A stretch of 32,000 bases of DNA from an uncultured archaeon (GCA_964510585.1 CAZECW010000113.1:1-32000), one strand, 5' to 3'. Numbered from the stretch's first letter, positions 8,727-17,664 are shown. Notes: generated from the letters alone by a model not told the origin. A program made the numbers and translations.

Positions 8727-9767
8727 ATGGTACAAAAATTGTTGGGAATAAGCGGATACGGAGTTTATATTCCCTTACACCGATTAAAACTTAAGGAAAT
8801 CGCAACCGCTTGGAAAGAGAACACCCAGCCCTCCGGAGAAAAGGCTGTAGCCTACTTTGATGAAAACGTATTGACACTAGCCTACAACGCTTGTAGAAAC
8901 GCTATAAAACACGCAGCCATAAAACCTAGCAACATAAACGCATTATATCTGGGAACAGTATCCAGCCCCTACATCGAAGCATCTTTGGCTGCTCCCCTAG
9001 CAAACGCCCTGGGCCTGCCGGAAAACGCTGAAGCAAGAGACTTTGGCGCCTCAACCAGAGCAGGTACAGACGCGTTGCAAGCGGGCTTGGACGCCATAAA
9101 ATCAGAAAGACTTGAAAACGTTTTAGTTGTAGGAAGCGACATCCTTGTGGGAGCGCCGGGAACCAGTTTTGAATACACAGCTGGTTCCGGAGCAGCTGCC
9201 TGCATACTAAGCTGCAACGGCGTAATAGCCGAGTACGAGGCCAGCTTTTTTTATACAACCGGCTTCGCCGATAAATGGAGAAATGTTGAGTCAAGATACC
9301 CCCTATTTGGAGATACGGGATTCATAAGAAAATATGGATACGTGGAACATGTGGTAAAGGCTGCAAGGGGACTCTTCGAAAAACTGGGGGACACAGCGCA
9401 AAGCTTCAACCACGTTATACTCCAACAACAAGAGAGCAGACTGATATCCGAAGCCTCAAAAAGCCTAGGATTCACACCAGAACAGCTCAAAGCCGGCATG
9501 ACTCTGGAAAACTTTGGTGACACGGGTTCAGCATCCATCCTCATAGGATTATCCGCAATTCTAGACCAAGCGGAACCAGGACAAAGAATACTAGTCGTTT
9601 CCTACGGCTCCGGTTCCAGCGCAGCCCTCAGCTTTAAAGTAAACAAAAAAATACAGGACAAACGCAAAAACTCAACTCCAGTTAGAAGTTTCAAGGAAAA
9701 CAAAGAATATATAGACTACTTCACCCACCTCAGGCAGAACAAAATAATACTCCGAACAGAACAATAA
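8727..9767 (+). CDS. HMG-CoA synthase-like protein, apparently non-catalytic (PhlA-like)
   Basis: GYGVYIP, EKAVAYFDE, GSGAAA, GDTGSAS and VVSYGSGS are thiolase-fold HMGCS motifs. The catalytic Glu, Cys and His positions read Val, Thr and Gln. Confidence 0.85.
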   Translation: MVQKLLGISGYGVYIPLHRLKLKEIATAWKENTQPSGEKAVAYFDENVLTLAYNACRNAIKHAAIKPSNINALYLGTVSSPYIEASLAAPLANALGLPENAEARDFGASTRAGTDALQAGLDAIKSERLENVLVVGSDILVGAPGTSFEYTAGSGAAACILSCNGVIAEYEASFFYTTGFADKWRNVESRYPLFGDTGFIRKYGYVEHVVKAARGLFEKLGDTAQSFNHVILQQQESRLISEASKSLGFTPEQLKAGMTLENFGDTGSASILIGLSAILDQAEPGQRILVVSYGSGSSAALSFKVNKKIQDKRKNSTPVRSFKENKEYIDYFTHLRQNKIILRTEQ

Positions 9768-9776
9768 AATTGGGAG

Positions 9777-10193
9777 ATGACTAATATGATAACACCCCCA
9801 TTATGGAGAGATTATAGACAAAACAATAGAATGGAAGCCTACAAATGCAAAAACTGCGGATACGTAAGCTACCCCGAAAAAAGAAAAGTATGCCCCAAGT
9901 GTAAAAGGGCCCCCTCAGAATTCGAAACAATCACACTAGGGCCCAGAGGCAAAATACTAACGTACACCATAGCGTACACACTACCAGCAGAATTTGAACC
10001 ACCAATACCCCTGGCAATAGTAGAAATGGATGGAGGAGGAAGAATATACGCCATGGTATCAGAATGCAAACCCGACCAAATAAAAATCGGAATGGAAGTG
10101 GAACTAGACTACCGAGAAATATTCCAAGAAGATGGATACCACGTACAATCATTCAAAGTAAAACCAGTAAAAAAAGGAGAAGAACCAAAATGA
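9777..10193 (+). CDS. DUF35 family Zn-ribbon/OB-fold protein
   Basis: CKNCG-x10-CPKC, then GKILTYT, PLAIVEMDGG and KIGMEVEL. It lies between the HMGCS-like gene and the thiolase. Confidence 0.92.
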   Translation: MTNMITPPLWRDYRQNNRMEAYKCKNCGYVSYPEKRKVCPKCKRAPSEFETITLGPRGKILTYTIAYTLPAEFEPPIPLAIVEMDGGGRIYAMVSECKPDQIKIGMEVELDYREIFQEDGYHVQSFKVKPVKKGEEPK

Positions 10194-11338
10194 AAAACAA
10201 AGTCGCAGTAGTGGGAGCAGGAATAATAGACTTCGGAGTACTATACGACAAAAGCCCGGACATGATGATGGAAGAAGCCTACATAAAAGCACTACAAAGC
10301 GTAGACAACGGAATACAACCCCAAGAAATACAAGCAGCCTGGCTGGGAACACTCAGAGGAAGATTCACAGGAGTAACACTAGCCCACCCCACAGGACTAT
10401 TCAAAAAACCAGTATCAAGAGTAGAAAACGCCTGCGCCACAGGCAACGACGCATTCCGCCACGCATGCTTCGCCATAGCCGCAGGAGTATACGACACCGC
10501 ACTGGTGATAGGATACGAGAAAATGCATGACGAAAAAGGAGGACTGATAAAACTAGCAGCAATCAAAGACGTCTGGATGAGAAGAGCAAGAACCATGCCC
10601 TCCTTCTTCGCATTAAGGGCCACACGCCACATGCACCTCTACGGATCCAAAAAAGAGGACTTTGCACTAGTAGCCGTAAAAAACCGCCACAACGGCGCAC
10701 TGTACCCCCACGCCCACTTCAAAAAAGAAGTAACGCTAGAACAAGTAATGAACGCCCCGATAATATCATGGCCCCTCGGACTATTTGATTGCTGCCCAAC
10801 AACAGACGGCGCCGCAGCAGTCATACTCTGTAAAGCCGAAATAGCAAAGAAATACACCGACACCCCAGTCTACGTTGCAGGAAGCGGACTATCAGTAGAC
10901 AGCTGGACTCTGGGAGAAGACGAGTCACTAGTGGGCTTCCCAGCAAGCAAAGAAGCCAGCAGACAAGCCTACAAAATGGCGGGCCTCCAACCCAAAGACA
11001 TCGACGTGGGAGAAATACACGACTGCTTCTCAGTCACAGAAATCCTCAACTACGAAGACCTCGGCTTCTGCGAAAAAGGTCAAGGACACAAACTAATCCA
11101 AGAAGGAGTAACAGCACTAGACGGAGAAAAACCCATGAACCCCAGCGGCGGACTCCTAGCAAAAGGGCATCCCATAGGCGCCACAGGAGTAGCCCAAATC
11201 GCAGAAATCTTCGAACAACTAAGAGGCCAAGCAGGCAAAATACAAATCGCCGACGCACAAATCGGTTTAACCCATAATATTGGTGTCGGAAGAGACAATA
11301 CTGGCTCAGTTAGTTGTGTGCATATTTTGACTCGCTGA
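10190..11338 (+). CDS. SCP2-type thiolase (acetyl-CoA acyltransferase family)
   Basis: VENACATG (catalytic Cys), TDGAAA, EIHDCF, NPSGGLLAKGHPIGATG and THNIG. The ATG at 10190 overlaps the DUF35 stop (ATGA). Confidence 0.95.
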   Translation: MKNKVAVVGAGIIDFGVLYDKSPDMMMEEAYIKALQSVDNGIQPQEIQAAWLGTLRGRFTGVTLAHPTGLFKKPVSRVENACATGNDAFRHACFAIAAGVYDTALVIGYEKMHDEKGGLIKLAAIKDVWMRRARTMPSFFALRATRHMHLYGSKKEDFALVAVKNRHNGALYPHAHFKKEVTLEQVMNAPIISWPLGLFDCCPTTDGAAAVILCKAEIAKKYTDTPVYVAGSGLSVDSWTLGEDESLVGFPASKEASRQAYKMAGLQPKDIDVGEIHDCFSVTEILNYEDLGFCEKGQGHKLIQEGVTALDGEKPMNPSGGLLAKGHPIGATGVAQIAEIFEQLRGQAGKIQIADAQIGLTHNIGVGRDNTGSVSCVHILTR

Positions 11339-11473
11339 TTACAAAACTGTTGCCAACAAAGTATATTTTCATACTCTATCTGAAACGCTTCTTGCATATG
11401 TTGGTTTGGCGCTTTGTGGGTTCATTTTCTTTTTTGGTTTTTTCTCTGGAAGGGTTTAGTGTGTTGTGGAAAG

Positions 11474-11488
11474 CATAATGTTTAATAT
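11474..11488 (+). promoter_or_regulatory. TATA candidate upstream of the roadblock-like gene
   Basis: TTTAATAT at 11481-11488 is the same octamer as in the tRNA promoter. Confidence 0.35.
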
Positions 11489-11552
11489 TAGCTTTTATGA
11501 ATTTTAGTATTAATTTTTAAGGGTAATGGGATAGATTGTTTTCGGTGAACCT

Positions 11553-11933
11553 ATGTCGCGAGATAGTGAAGTTAGCAAGCTTGTTAGTACTATTAGGGAT
11601 GAGTTTAGAATTCTTGGGGCGGTTACCGCTAGAGGGCTTGCTTTAATTACTGTTGGTGGTAATGTTATCTTCTCAGATATGAGCCCAGAAATTAAAGAGC
11701 GTTTAAATGTTTTTATTCCAAGCCTTCCAGCCCTGGGTGTGGGCTCTAACATAACTGTGAATATTGGGGACAGGTTTCTTTTGATTATACGTGTTTCCGA
11801 GAAGATGGTTCTAGCTATTTTTACTGATCAAAGGATTGGTGTGGTGTTAACGAGAGCAACCACTATAATGAAAAAGTACGGAGAACAATTCGACAAAATA
11901 GCTGAGATGTATGAAGGCAAATCAACAAATTGA
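11553..11933 (+). CDS. Roadblock/profilin-like small protein
   Basis: 126-aa ORF with a helix-beta-beta-helix-beta-beta-beta-helix pattern; paralog of 1834..2334. The fold call is an inference. Confidence 0.65.
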   Translation: MSRDSEVSKLVSTIRDEFRILGAVTARGLALITVGGNVIFSDMSPEIKERLNVFIPSLPALGVGSNITVNIGDRFLLIIRVSEKMVLAIFTDQRIGVVLTRATTIMKKYGEQFDKIAEMYEGKSTN

Positions 11934-12318
11934 TTAATACCCTCTAACCTTTTCACAAAAACGCTGCCATAAAGAACAAAACTTTCTCGGAGCGACAAAA
12001 ACAACATTACCGCAAGTCATTTGTGTGTGATAACAACTTTTGATTTGGCCAAGTGTATTTACCACTGCGGTCGAAATAAGTATTTCAAGCTCCCAGTTTT
12101 CACAAATTATTATTTGTGTGGGACTTGGTAATTTACCATTTGTAGTTTTTAATCCGGCCTTTATAAGAGCTATCATTCCAGGCTCAGAGATGTCCTTGTT
12201 TTTATAAGGAAAGGATTTTTAAGGGTTAGACGTTTAATAGTTGGTGGTCGGTATGCTGGGAGATAAGTGTTTTTTGCATTTAGTTGATCGTTGGACGTAT
12301 ATTCCAAGTGAGGAGAAA

Positions 12319-12837
12319 GTGATTAAGCCTAGTTTGACTTGCGCCGCCTTTTTGCTAATTAGTTCTATAGGGATCATTTTGAGTCTCTATCTTCCCTGGA
12401 GTGTAAGCATAATGCCATTGGGTCTTGGACTACCGCTTTATGGGGGGCCTTTCAAGATTTTGTCAGGTTTCGCGACATTTACAAGCCCAGTCCTATTCCC
12501 TGAAACTGATGCGGCTGGAATACTTATTGTACTGGGATATCTCTCATGTTCGACGCTTCTTTTCGTCGTCGAATTAGCTTCTCTAATGCGGCGTCCTCCA
12601 AATCTTGCCCTAGGTATGCTCTCTCTTTTTGTCCTATTCACTTTAATAATTGTTACGAGTTTAGTTGTCTTCAACCTTACTGGAATTTATATTTTAGAAA
12701 TCATCACAGAAAGGGAATTCGTATATGTATATACGTTTGCTTCTATTCTGTGGCCCGGCCCCATTTCCATGTTTGCTTGCTCTATTCTTTTGGCACCATC
12801 CAGTGGAATGCTTCTAAAAAGAGCCCTTTTTACGTAA
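12319..12837 (+). CDS. Hypothetical membrane protein (about 4 TM)
   Basis: Four hydrophobic segments and an LYLPW motif after the first. GTG 12319 follows an SD-like GAGGAG; the ORF track start is 12241. Confidence 0.7.
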   Translation: MIKPSLTCAAFLLISSIGIILSLYLPWSVSIMPLGLGLPLYGGPFKILSGFATFTSPVLFPETDAAGILIVLGYLSCSTLLFVVELASLMRRPPNLALGMLSLFVLFTLIIVTSLVVFNLTGIYILEIITEREFVYVYTFASILWPGPISMFACSILLAPSSGMLLKRALFT

Positions 12838-12983
12838 AATGTCTTGTAAAAATAAAGAAAAAGAATTAGGGCATTTTTAGGATACTTTACACTTCGTTAA
12901 GTGTGAAGTTAAAATCAGGTCAGAATTAGGTTTCAAATTAACGCTTCAAAACTAGAAAAAAGGGGAAATATTTAGTGATGATT

Positions 12984-13928
12984 TTAAACTTCGAGGTCCA
13001 TTTTCAGTTTTCGGACGATTTCTTTGTATCTGTTTCTTATGGTGACTTCAGTTACGTGCGCCACTTCTGCTATTTCTCTTTGCGCCCTTCTTTCACCCGC
13101 CAGAATTCCGGCTATGTATAGGGCGGCCGCTGCTAGCCCTGTGGGGTCTTTCCCACCGGTAATTCCTATTTCGCTTGCTTTTTCGATAACTTCCAATGCT
13201 CGTTTCTGGCTTTCTCCTGACATACTTAGCTCGTTTGCAAATCTTGAGATGAAGTCTGTAGCGGTTGGTCTGGGGATTTTAAGATCTAATCCGCGGAGTA
13301 TGAGTCTTACACAGTGTGCTAATTCTTTCCTGTTTACTCGCGCTACACTCTCTACTTCGTCTAGGGGGCGTGGGATTTTGTGAAGTCTACATGCAAGGTA
13401 TACTGCGGCTGCAACCATTGACTCTATGGATCTTCCTCTTACCAGGCCTTTTTCTAGAGCTTTTCGGTATACTACTGCCGCACTTTCACGGATATCTCTT
13501 GGAATGCCGATTTGACTCGCGATTCGGTTAAGTTCGGGCATAGCTTGAGCAAGGTTTCTTGCTATTGAGCTGTGTACTCGGGTTCTTATCTGCCATTTTC
13601 GCAGCCGGTAGATCTGGGCTCTCCTTTTTGGTGAAAGCTTTCTGCCATAAGCGTCCCTATCACTTCTGCTGATTGTGGTGCTAAGGCCCTTATCTGGCAT
13701 TCTGTAGGTCATTGGGGAACCAACTCTACTCCGATCTCTCTTTTCTTCTGCTGTGAATGCCCGCCATTCTGGTCCACTGTCTATCATTAAATCGCTAATT
13801 ATTATTCCGCAGTCACCACAGATGGTGTCTCCTCTAGCGTAGTCTCTAAGAATTCTCCTGCTTCCACACTCGGGACACTGGACAATCTCTTTGTTTGATG
13901 AGTCTTCATTTCCTTCGGTTTTTGACAA
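12984..13928 (-). CDS. tfb: Transcription initiation factor IIB
   Basis: CPEC...CGDC Zn ribbon, B-reader GPEWRAF, SRVGSP, two cyclin repeats and VTEVTIRNRYKEI. Confidence 0.98.
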   Translation of the reverse strand: MSKTEGNEDSSNKEIVQCPECGSRRILRDYARGDTICGDCGIIISDLMIDSGPEWRAFTAEEKRDRSRVGSPMTYRMPDKGLSTTISRSDRDAYGRKLSPKRRAQIYRLRKWQIRTRVHSSIARNLAQAMPELNRIASQIGIPRDIRESAAVVYRKALEKGLVRGRSIESMVAAAVYLACRLHKIPRPLDEVESVARVNRKELAHCVRLILRGLDLKIPRPTATDFISRFANELSMSGESQKRALEVIEKASEIGITGGKDPTGLAAAALYIAGILAGERRAQREIAEVAHVTEVTIRNRYKEIVRKLKMDLEV

Positions 13929-14355
13929 GTATTTTCACCTCAAATTATAATGTTTATAGTAAAGTGTACCGAGGATGTATGTGAATTTGTATCATAAACA
14001 TCGGAGATGGACAATAAGTAACTTTGAACTGGGTTTTTGTTTTACTCATCCTTCGGTACTTTATACTCTTTTTTGGATAAATCTTCAACCTTTTAATCTT
14101 TCTAGGTTTTTCCTAATTTTTTATTCTTCTATTTATTTAGTGGACGGGGGGATTTTTGATTTAATAGGTTGGGTTTTTAAGTTTTTTGTATTTATATGTT
14201 TTTCGGTATTTCCCCCGCACACTTTAATATGCCACTTTTCTCCTTATAAATTTTATGGTAAATGCATCCTACATTTTGTTGATTTTTGAAAAATTCTCAA
14301 AAATTTTACCCTATTTTTATAACATTTCTATGAGAGTATATTAAAAATTGTAAAT

Positions 14356-14760
14356 CTATAAGCTTATCACACTAATATTTACGTTAGTGACGCCCTCAAT
14401 TTTTGAGACTTGCAGTTTTAAATCCTCAGTTTTTACCGATAATTTATCCTTCTCGATGTAACCCTCATAGAAACACTGTTTTCCCTTTCGGCAGAGACCC
14501 GTAGTGTGGAGAAACTCGATTTTATCTCTTACAATAATTAACCCTAAATCCCTAAGAAATCTCTGAGAAAGTTTGTCGATCTCCACAGAGAGCTTAATTA
14601 TTTCACGAGAAGTAGTAGGGATTAGACGAATCTCACCATTGGATCTTGATAGTATCATTATGGCATAGGGTTTACCGATTATCTCCAAAAATTTTTTTGG
14701 TAAGGGTATGCCTGCCTCTCTGAGCTCCACAATCTCCGCTAGGGTGAGTTCATCCGACAT
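14356..14760 (-). CDS. Hypothetical protein: AbrB-like N-terminus plus ACT-like C-terminus
   Basis: GIPLPKKFLE...IMILSRSNGEIRLIP resembles a swapped hairpin. The C-terminal beta-alpha-beta-beta-alpha-beta unit ends in VSKIEGVTNVNISVI, typical of ACT domains. Confidence 0.6.
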   Translation of the reverse strand: MSDELTLAEIVELREAGIPLPKKFLEIIGKPYAIMILSRSNGEIRLIPTTSREIIKLSVEIDKLSQRFLRDLGLIIVRDKIEFLHTTGLCRKGKQCFYEGYIEKDKLSVKTEDLKLQVSKIEGVTNVNISVISL

Positions 14761-14957
14761 TATTAGAACCCTTCATACCTCTCTTAAAACTACTTCTAAA
14801 TATTTATCTTTTCACATTTTTAACCTTTCGTGAATTAACATGATATTCTTCGGGAGAGTTAATGCGAGTCTCCTACTGAATGATAAGAAGTAGAGGGATA
14901 TAGTTTATACCTTTGATTTTTTGGGGCAACTATCAAAAAAGTAGGAGGTAAAAATCT

Positions 14958-15305
14958 TCACTCCATTTCGTCTCTGATAATTTCTATCACGGTTCTAAAT
15001 TTCACTGCGTCTGGAAGGGCGCCAATAACTTTCAGGTCTCCACTCATGTAGGCGGATGTGGCGTCAATATCGCCTGTTAACATGCCTAACATTGTCTCAT
15101 AGTTTGCTTCCATAGTTAAGTCTGGATTGTCATGTGTGCCCTCTGATACCTTGAGTTTGCCATCTTTTATTGTGATGTAAAAGGGTTTTACACCTTCTCC
15201 TTGGAATTGGAAGACTCGCTCCCATCCTTCCAGTTCTGCTGCTACGTCTTCACTCTTGGCAGCTACCTCTTCCATTTTTTTAAGGTGGGTCATAATTTCA
15301 GACAT
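14958..15305 (-). CDS. SCP2 sterol/lipid-binding domain protein
   Basis: FYITIKDGKLKVSEG, PDLTMEA and LTGDIDATSAYMSGDLKVIG match the SCP2 pattern. Confidence 0.92.
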   Translation of the reverse strand: MSEIMTHLKKMEEVAAKSEDVAAELEGWERVFQFQGEGVKPFYITIKDGKLKVSEGTHDNPDLTMEANYETMLGMLTGDIDATSAYMSGDLKVIGALPDAVKFRTVIEIIRDEME

Positions 15306-15507
15306 TTTAAATTCCTCCCTTTGAGGCTAGATTACATGATTTTTTATTTGGATGATTTATTTAAACTTTTCTTATAAATTATATTCTGCAATAAATGGTA
15401 ATATTAATAAATTTTTATATTATATTAATTAAAAATATTATTTATTTTGAAAATTAATTTAATTTATTTTTCTATTCTATTAAAAATCTCTGAAGAAAAT
15501 ATTTTAC

Positions 15508-15523
15508 CACAAAAGTTTAATAT
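15508..15523 (+). promoter_or_regulatory. BRE/TATA candidate for the MaoC pair
   Basis: CACAAAAG-TTTAATAT is nearly identical to the tRNA-Arg(GCG) promoter and lies in an AT-rich divergent intergenic region. Confidence 0.45.
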
Positions 15524-15619
15524 TTAAAGCCAAGAAAATAGTAGACAGTCACAAAAAGTCAGGTTACCCTAAGCTTCACAAAAACGGTCAGTGCAATTAT
15601 TTTTTGGAGGTAGAAAGTT

Positions 15620-16063
15620 TTGAGCGAATCAAAATATGAGAAGTATATTGGAATGAAATTAGAACCCGTGGTTTTTGAGGTAACTGGAGACAGAATCAGA
15701 CAGTACGCCAAAGCAACCGATGATCCAAATCCCGAATTCCATTTGGAAGAGGACAGCAAACTGTTAACACCCCTCTCGTTTACCTCGGTTTATTGGATTT
15801 CTGCAATACCAAATTTTTTGAAAAAGGTTATGGAAGAGGGAATAATTAAAGATCTATCTAGGTTGTTACACGGTGGACAAAAATACGAGTTTCTTAAACC
15901 TGTAAAACCGGGAGATAAACTGGAACTGTATGTTGAAATAAAAAATATTTACGTAAAAAATAACATGCTCTTCATAGAATTTAATCTACCTGTTAAAAAC
16001 CAAAATAAAGAAATGGTATCAAATTTAACCACCACATTCATAATAAGGCCCGGAGGATTTTAA
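15620..16063 (+). CDS. MaoC-like hotdog dehydratase, N-terminal-type (HadA-like) subunit
   Basis: IRQYAKATDDPNP and LLHGGQKYEFLKPVKPGDKL; TTG start. Confidence 0.88.
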   Translation: MSESKYEKYIGMKLEPVVFEVTGDRIRQYAKATDDPNPEFHLEEDSKLLTPLSFTSVYWISAIPNFLKKVMEEGIIKDLSRLLHGGQKYEFLKPVKPGDKLELYVEIKNIYVKNNMLFIEFNLPVKNQNKEMVSNLTTTFIIRPGGF

Positions 16064-16080
16064 AAAAGGAGGAATGAAAA

Positions 16081-16668
16081 ATGGTTAGTTTCAAAGAAAT
16101 AGAGGTAGGATTCGAAATACCCACCTACATTAAAGGACCAATAAAAAGAGAACAGTTGGTAGAGTATGCTAAGGCTTCAGGTGATGGGAACCCCATCCAT
16201 ACAAATGAGCAGATTGCAGTTATGGCTGGCTTAAAGGGAGTCATAGCACACGGACTTCTAGATATGGCCTACATGATTCAGGCCATTGTAAATTGGCTCG
16301 GCAAAGACGGCGAACTTAAGAGTATAGATGTCCAATTTAGAGGTATGGTTAGGCCCGGAGACATGGTGCACTCCAAAGCTAAGGTTACCAAAAAGTACGA
16401 AGAGAATGGTAAAAAATTCTTGGATCTAGAAATATGGCAGGAAGCATTAACACCCATTGCCACAATAAGTTCCTCCCTAACAATTGATAAAATAGAGCCA
16501 CCACCAGATGGGACCTTGAAACTATACGAAGCCGCCTACAGAGGCTGGTTAAAAGATGGACAAAACATCGTTCTCGAGCAAAAAAAGGCAGACAACAAAA
16601 TAGAGTACACCTTCTATGGAAAACAGAACTCAATTATAGGAACAGCAAAAGTAGAACTCTTCAAATAG
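16081..16668 (+). CDS. MaoC family dehydratase/(R)-hydratase (HadB-like) with an insertion near the C-terminus
   Basis: Hydratase-2 motif YAKASGDGNPIH...GVIAHGLL, plus VQFRGMVRPGD. Confidence 0.92.
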   Translation: MVSFKEIEVGFEIPTYIKGPIKREQLVEYAKASGDGNPIHTNEQIAVMAGLKGVIAHGLLDMAYMIQAIVNWLGKDGELKSIDVQFRGMVRPGDMVHSKAKVTKKYEENGKKFLDLEIWQEALTPIATISSSLTIDKIEPPPDGTLKLYEAAYRGWLKDGQNIVLEQKKADNKIEYTFYGKQNSIIGTAKVELFK

Positions 16669-16861
16669 AGTCTACAACCTATTTCCATTTTACAAGAAAT
16701 TTAAACCCAAAAAATCTCCATTCTGACCTTCCCTAAATTTGGTTGTTGCTTAAAGTAGAAGGCATTCATAAGTCCATTAAATTTTATAATCTTATCTGGT
16801 CCTTTTTGTTTACCCTTCCCAGTGTTGCGGCTTGAAATTCTGAAGTTTCTATTTCTAGAAT

Positions 16862-17596
16862 TTATTTGTTCGTGGTGTTTAATGCTTCTGAAGCCCCTTC
16901 TATCATGGATTCGTTTCGTGCTTGAGTAGACTCTTGGATTTTACTAATTTCTTCTTGTTCTTCTAGTTCTTTGAGTCTGCTTACTTTAAACACCTCTTCT
17001 ATTATTGGTTCGATTTTCGCCTGCATTTCTGCGACGTTGCCTTTCCAGTTTTTAAACAACTCTGCGCATTCTTCCTCGATTCTTTTTAGGCACGTTTTCA
17101 ACTTTTTCTTTACGCTCCGCGACTCATAGTTCATCATTGCTACCACAGTCACGTGCTCCCCTACCTCTGCCAGCATCCTAGATGTTGTTCCTTTCTCCTC
17201 TTCGAAAATTAAGCCGCGAACGCCCTTTTTGCCCAGTTCCACCGAAAAGTTGGATATTGCTGTTGTAAAACCCGCTAAGAGGTCAGCGTTAAACTCGTTT
17301 GATTTTAGGAGGCTTTTCTCATAGAGAGCTAAACCAGCGTTGTCCCTAACAAATAGGTATTTGACATTATTTAGGTCTTCCAATTCTTCTAAGTCTTCGG
17401 GTAGGGGTTGCTCAAATCCACACCTAATGCAAAATTTTGTGCTGAGAGCGAGTTGCTTTCCGCATATGATACAGAATTTGGTTTTGGGAGCCTCTTCGCC
17501 GCACCTTGGGCAGTAATTGTCACTAATTTCCATTTCTGTTCCACAATGGTAACAGTATTTGTATCGCTTATTTTCCCGCATTTCATTTTTCTCCAC
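16862..17596 (-). CDS. Double zinc ribbon fused to a longin-like domain
   Basis: CYHC-x10-CPRC and CIIC-x10-CIRC, followed by YLFVRDNAGLALY...DLLAGFTTAISNFSVEL...FKNWKGNV, a longin-like pattern recalled from Asgard proteins. Confidence 0.75.
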   Translation of the reverse strand: MEKNEMRENKRYKYCYHCGTEMEISDNYCPRCGEEAPKTKFCIICGKQLALSTKFCIRCGFEQPLPEDLEELEDLNNVKYLFVRDNAGLALYEKSLLKSNEFNADLLAGFTTAISNFSVELGKKGVRGLIFEEEKGTTSRMLAEVGEHVTVVAMMNYESRSVKKKLKTCLKRIEEECAELFKNWKGNVAEMQAKIEPIIEEVFKVSRLKELEEQEEISKIQESTQARNESMIEGASEALNTTNK

Positions 17597-17664
17597 TTAA
17601 AACCGCTAACCCTAATACTAAATTATTTAAAATACACTATAAGGATTTCTAATGGTGCCAAGTT

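Noticed and set aside
11934-12176. 80-aa minus-strand ORF with several Cys
   Set aside because: No coherent CxxC pattern or domain signature; it abuts the previous stop and is probably non-coding.
12886-12908. Imperfect hairpin TTACACTT-CGTT-AAGTGTGA between convergent genes
   Set aside because: A weak AT-rich stem that may be a terminator but cannot be distinguished from chance.
13975-14289. 104-aa Phe-rich plus-strand ORF
   Set aside because: Its composition simply reflects T-rich intergenic DNA.
14835-14950. Possible C/D-box sRNA or alternative hairpins (ATGATA...CTGA; CTCCTACT/AGTAGGAG; CTACTTCT/AGAAGTAG)
   Set aside because: The boxes are degenerate and the guide spacing is wrong. 8-bp matches with long loops are not convincing without covariation data.
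16784-16861. 25 open codons in frame after the TAA stop of the longin fusion
   Set aside because: There is no recoding signal, TAA is not a readthrough codon for Sec or Pyl, and the length is within chance.
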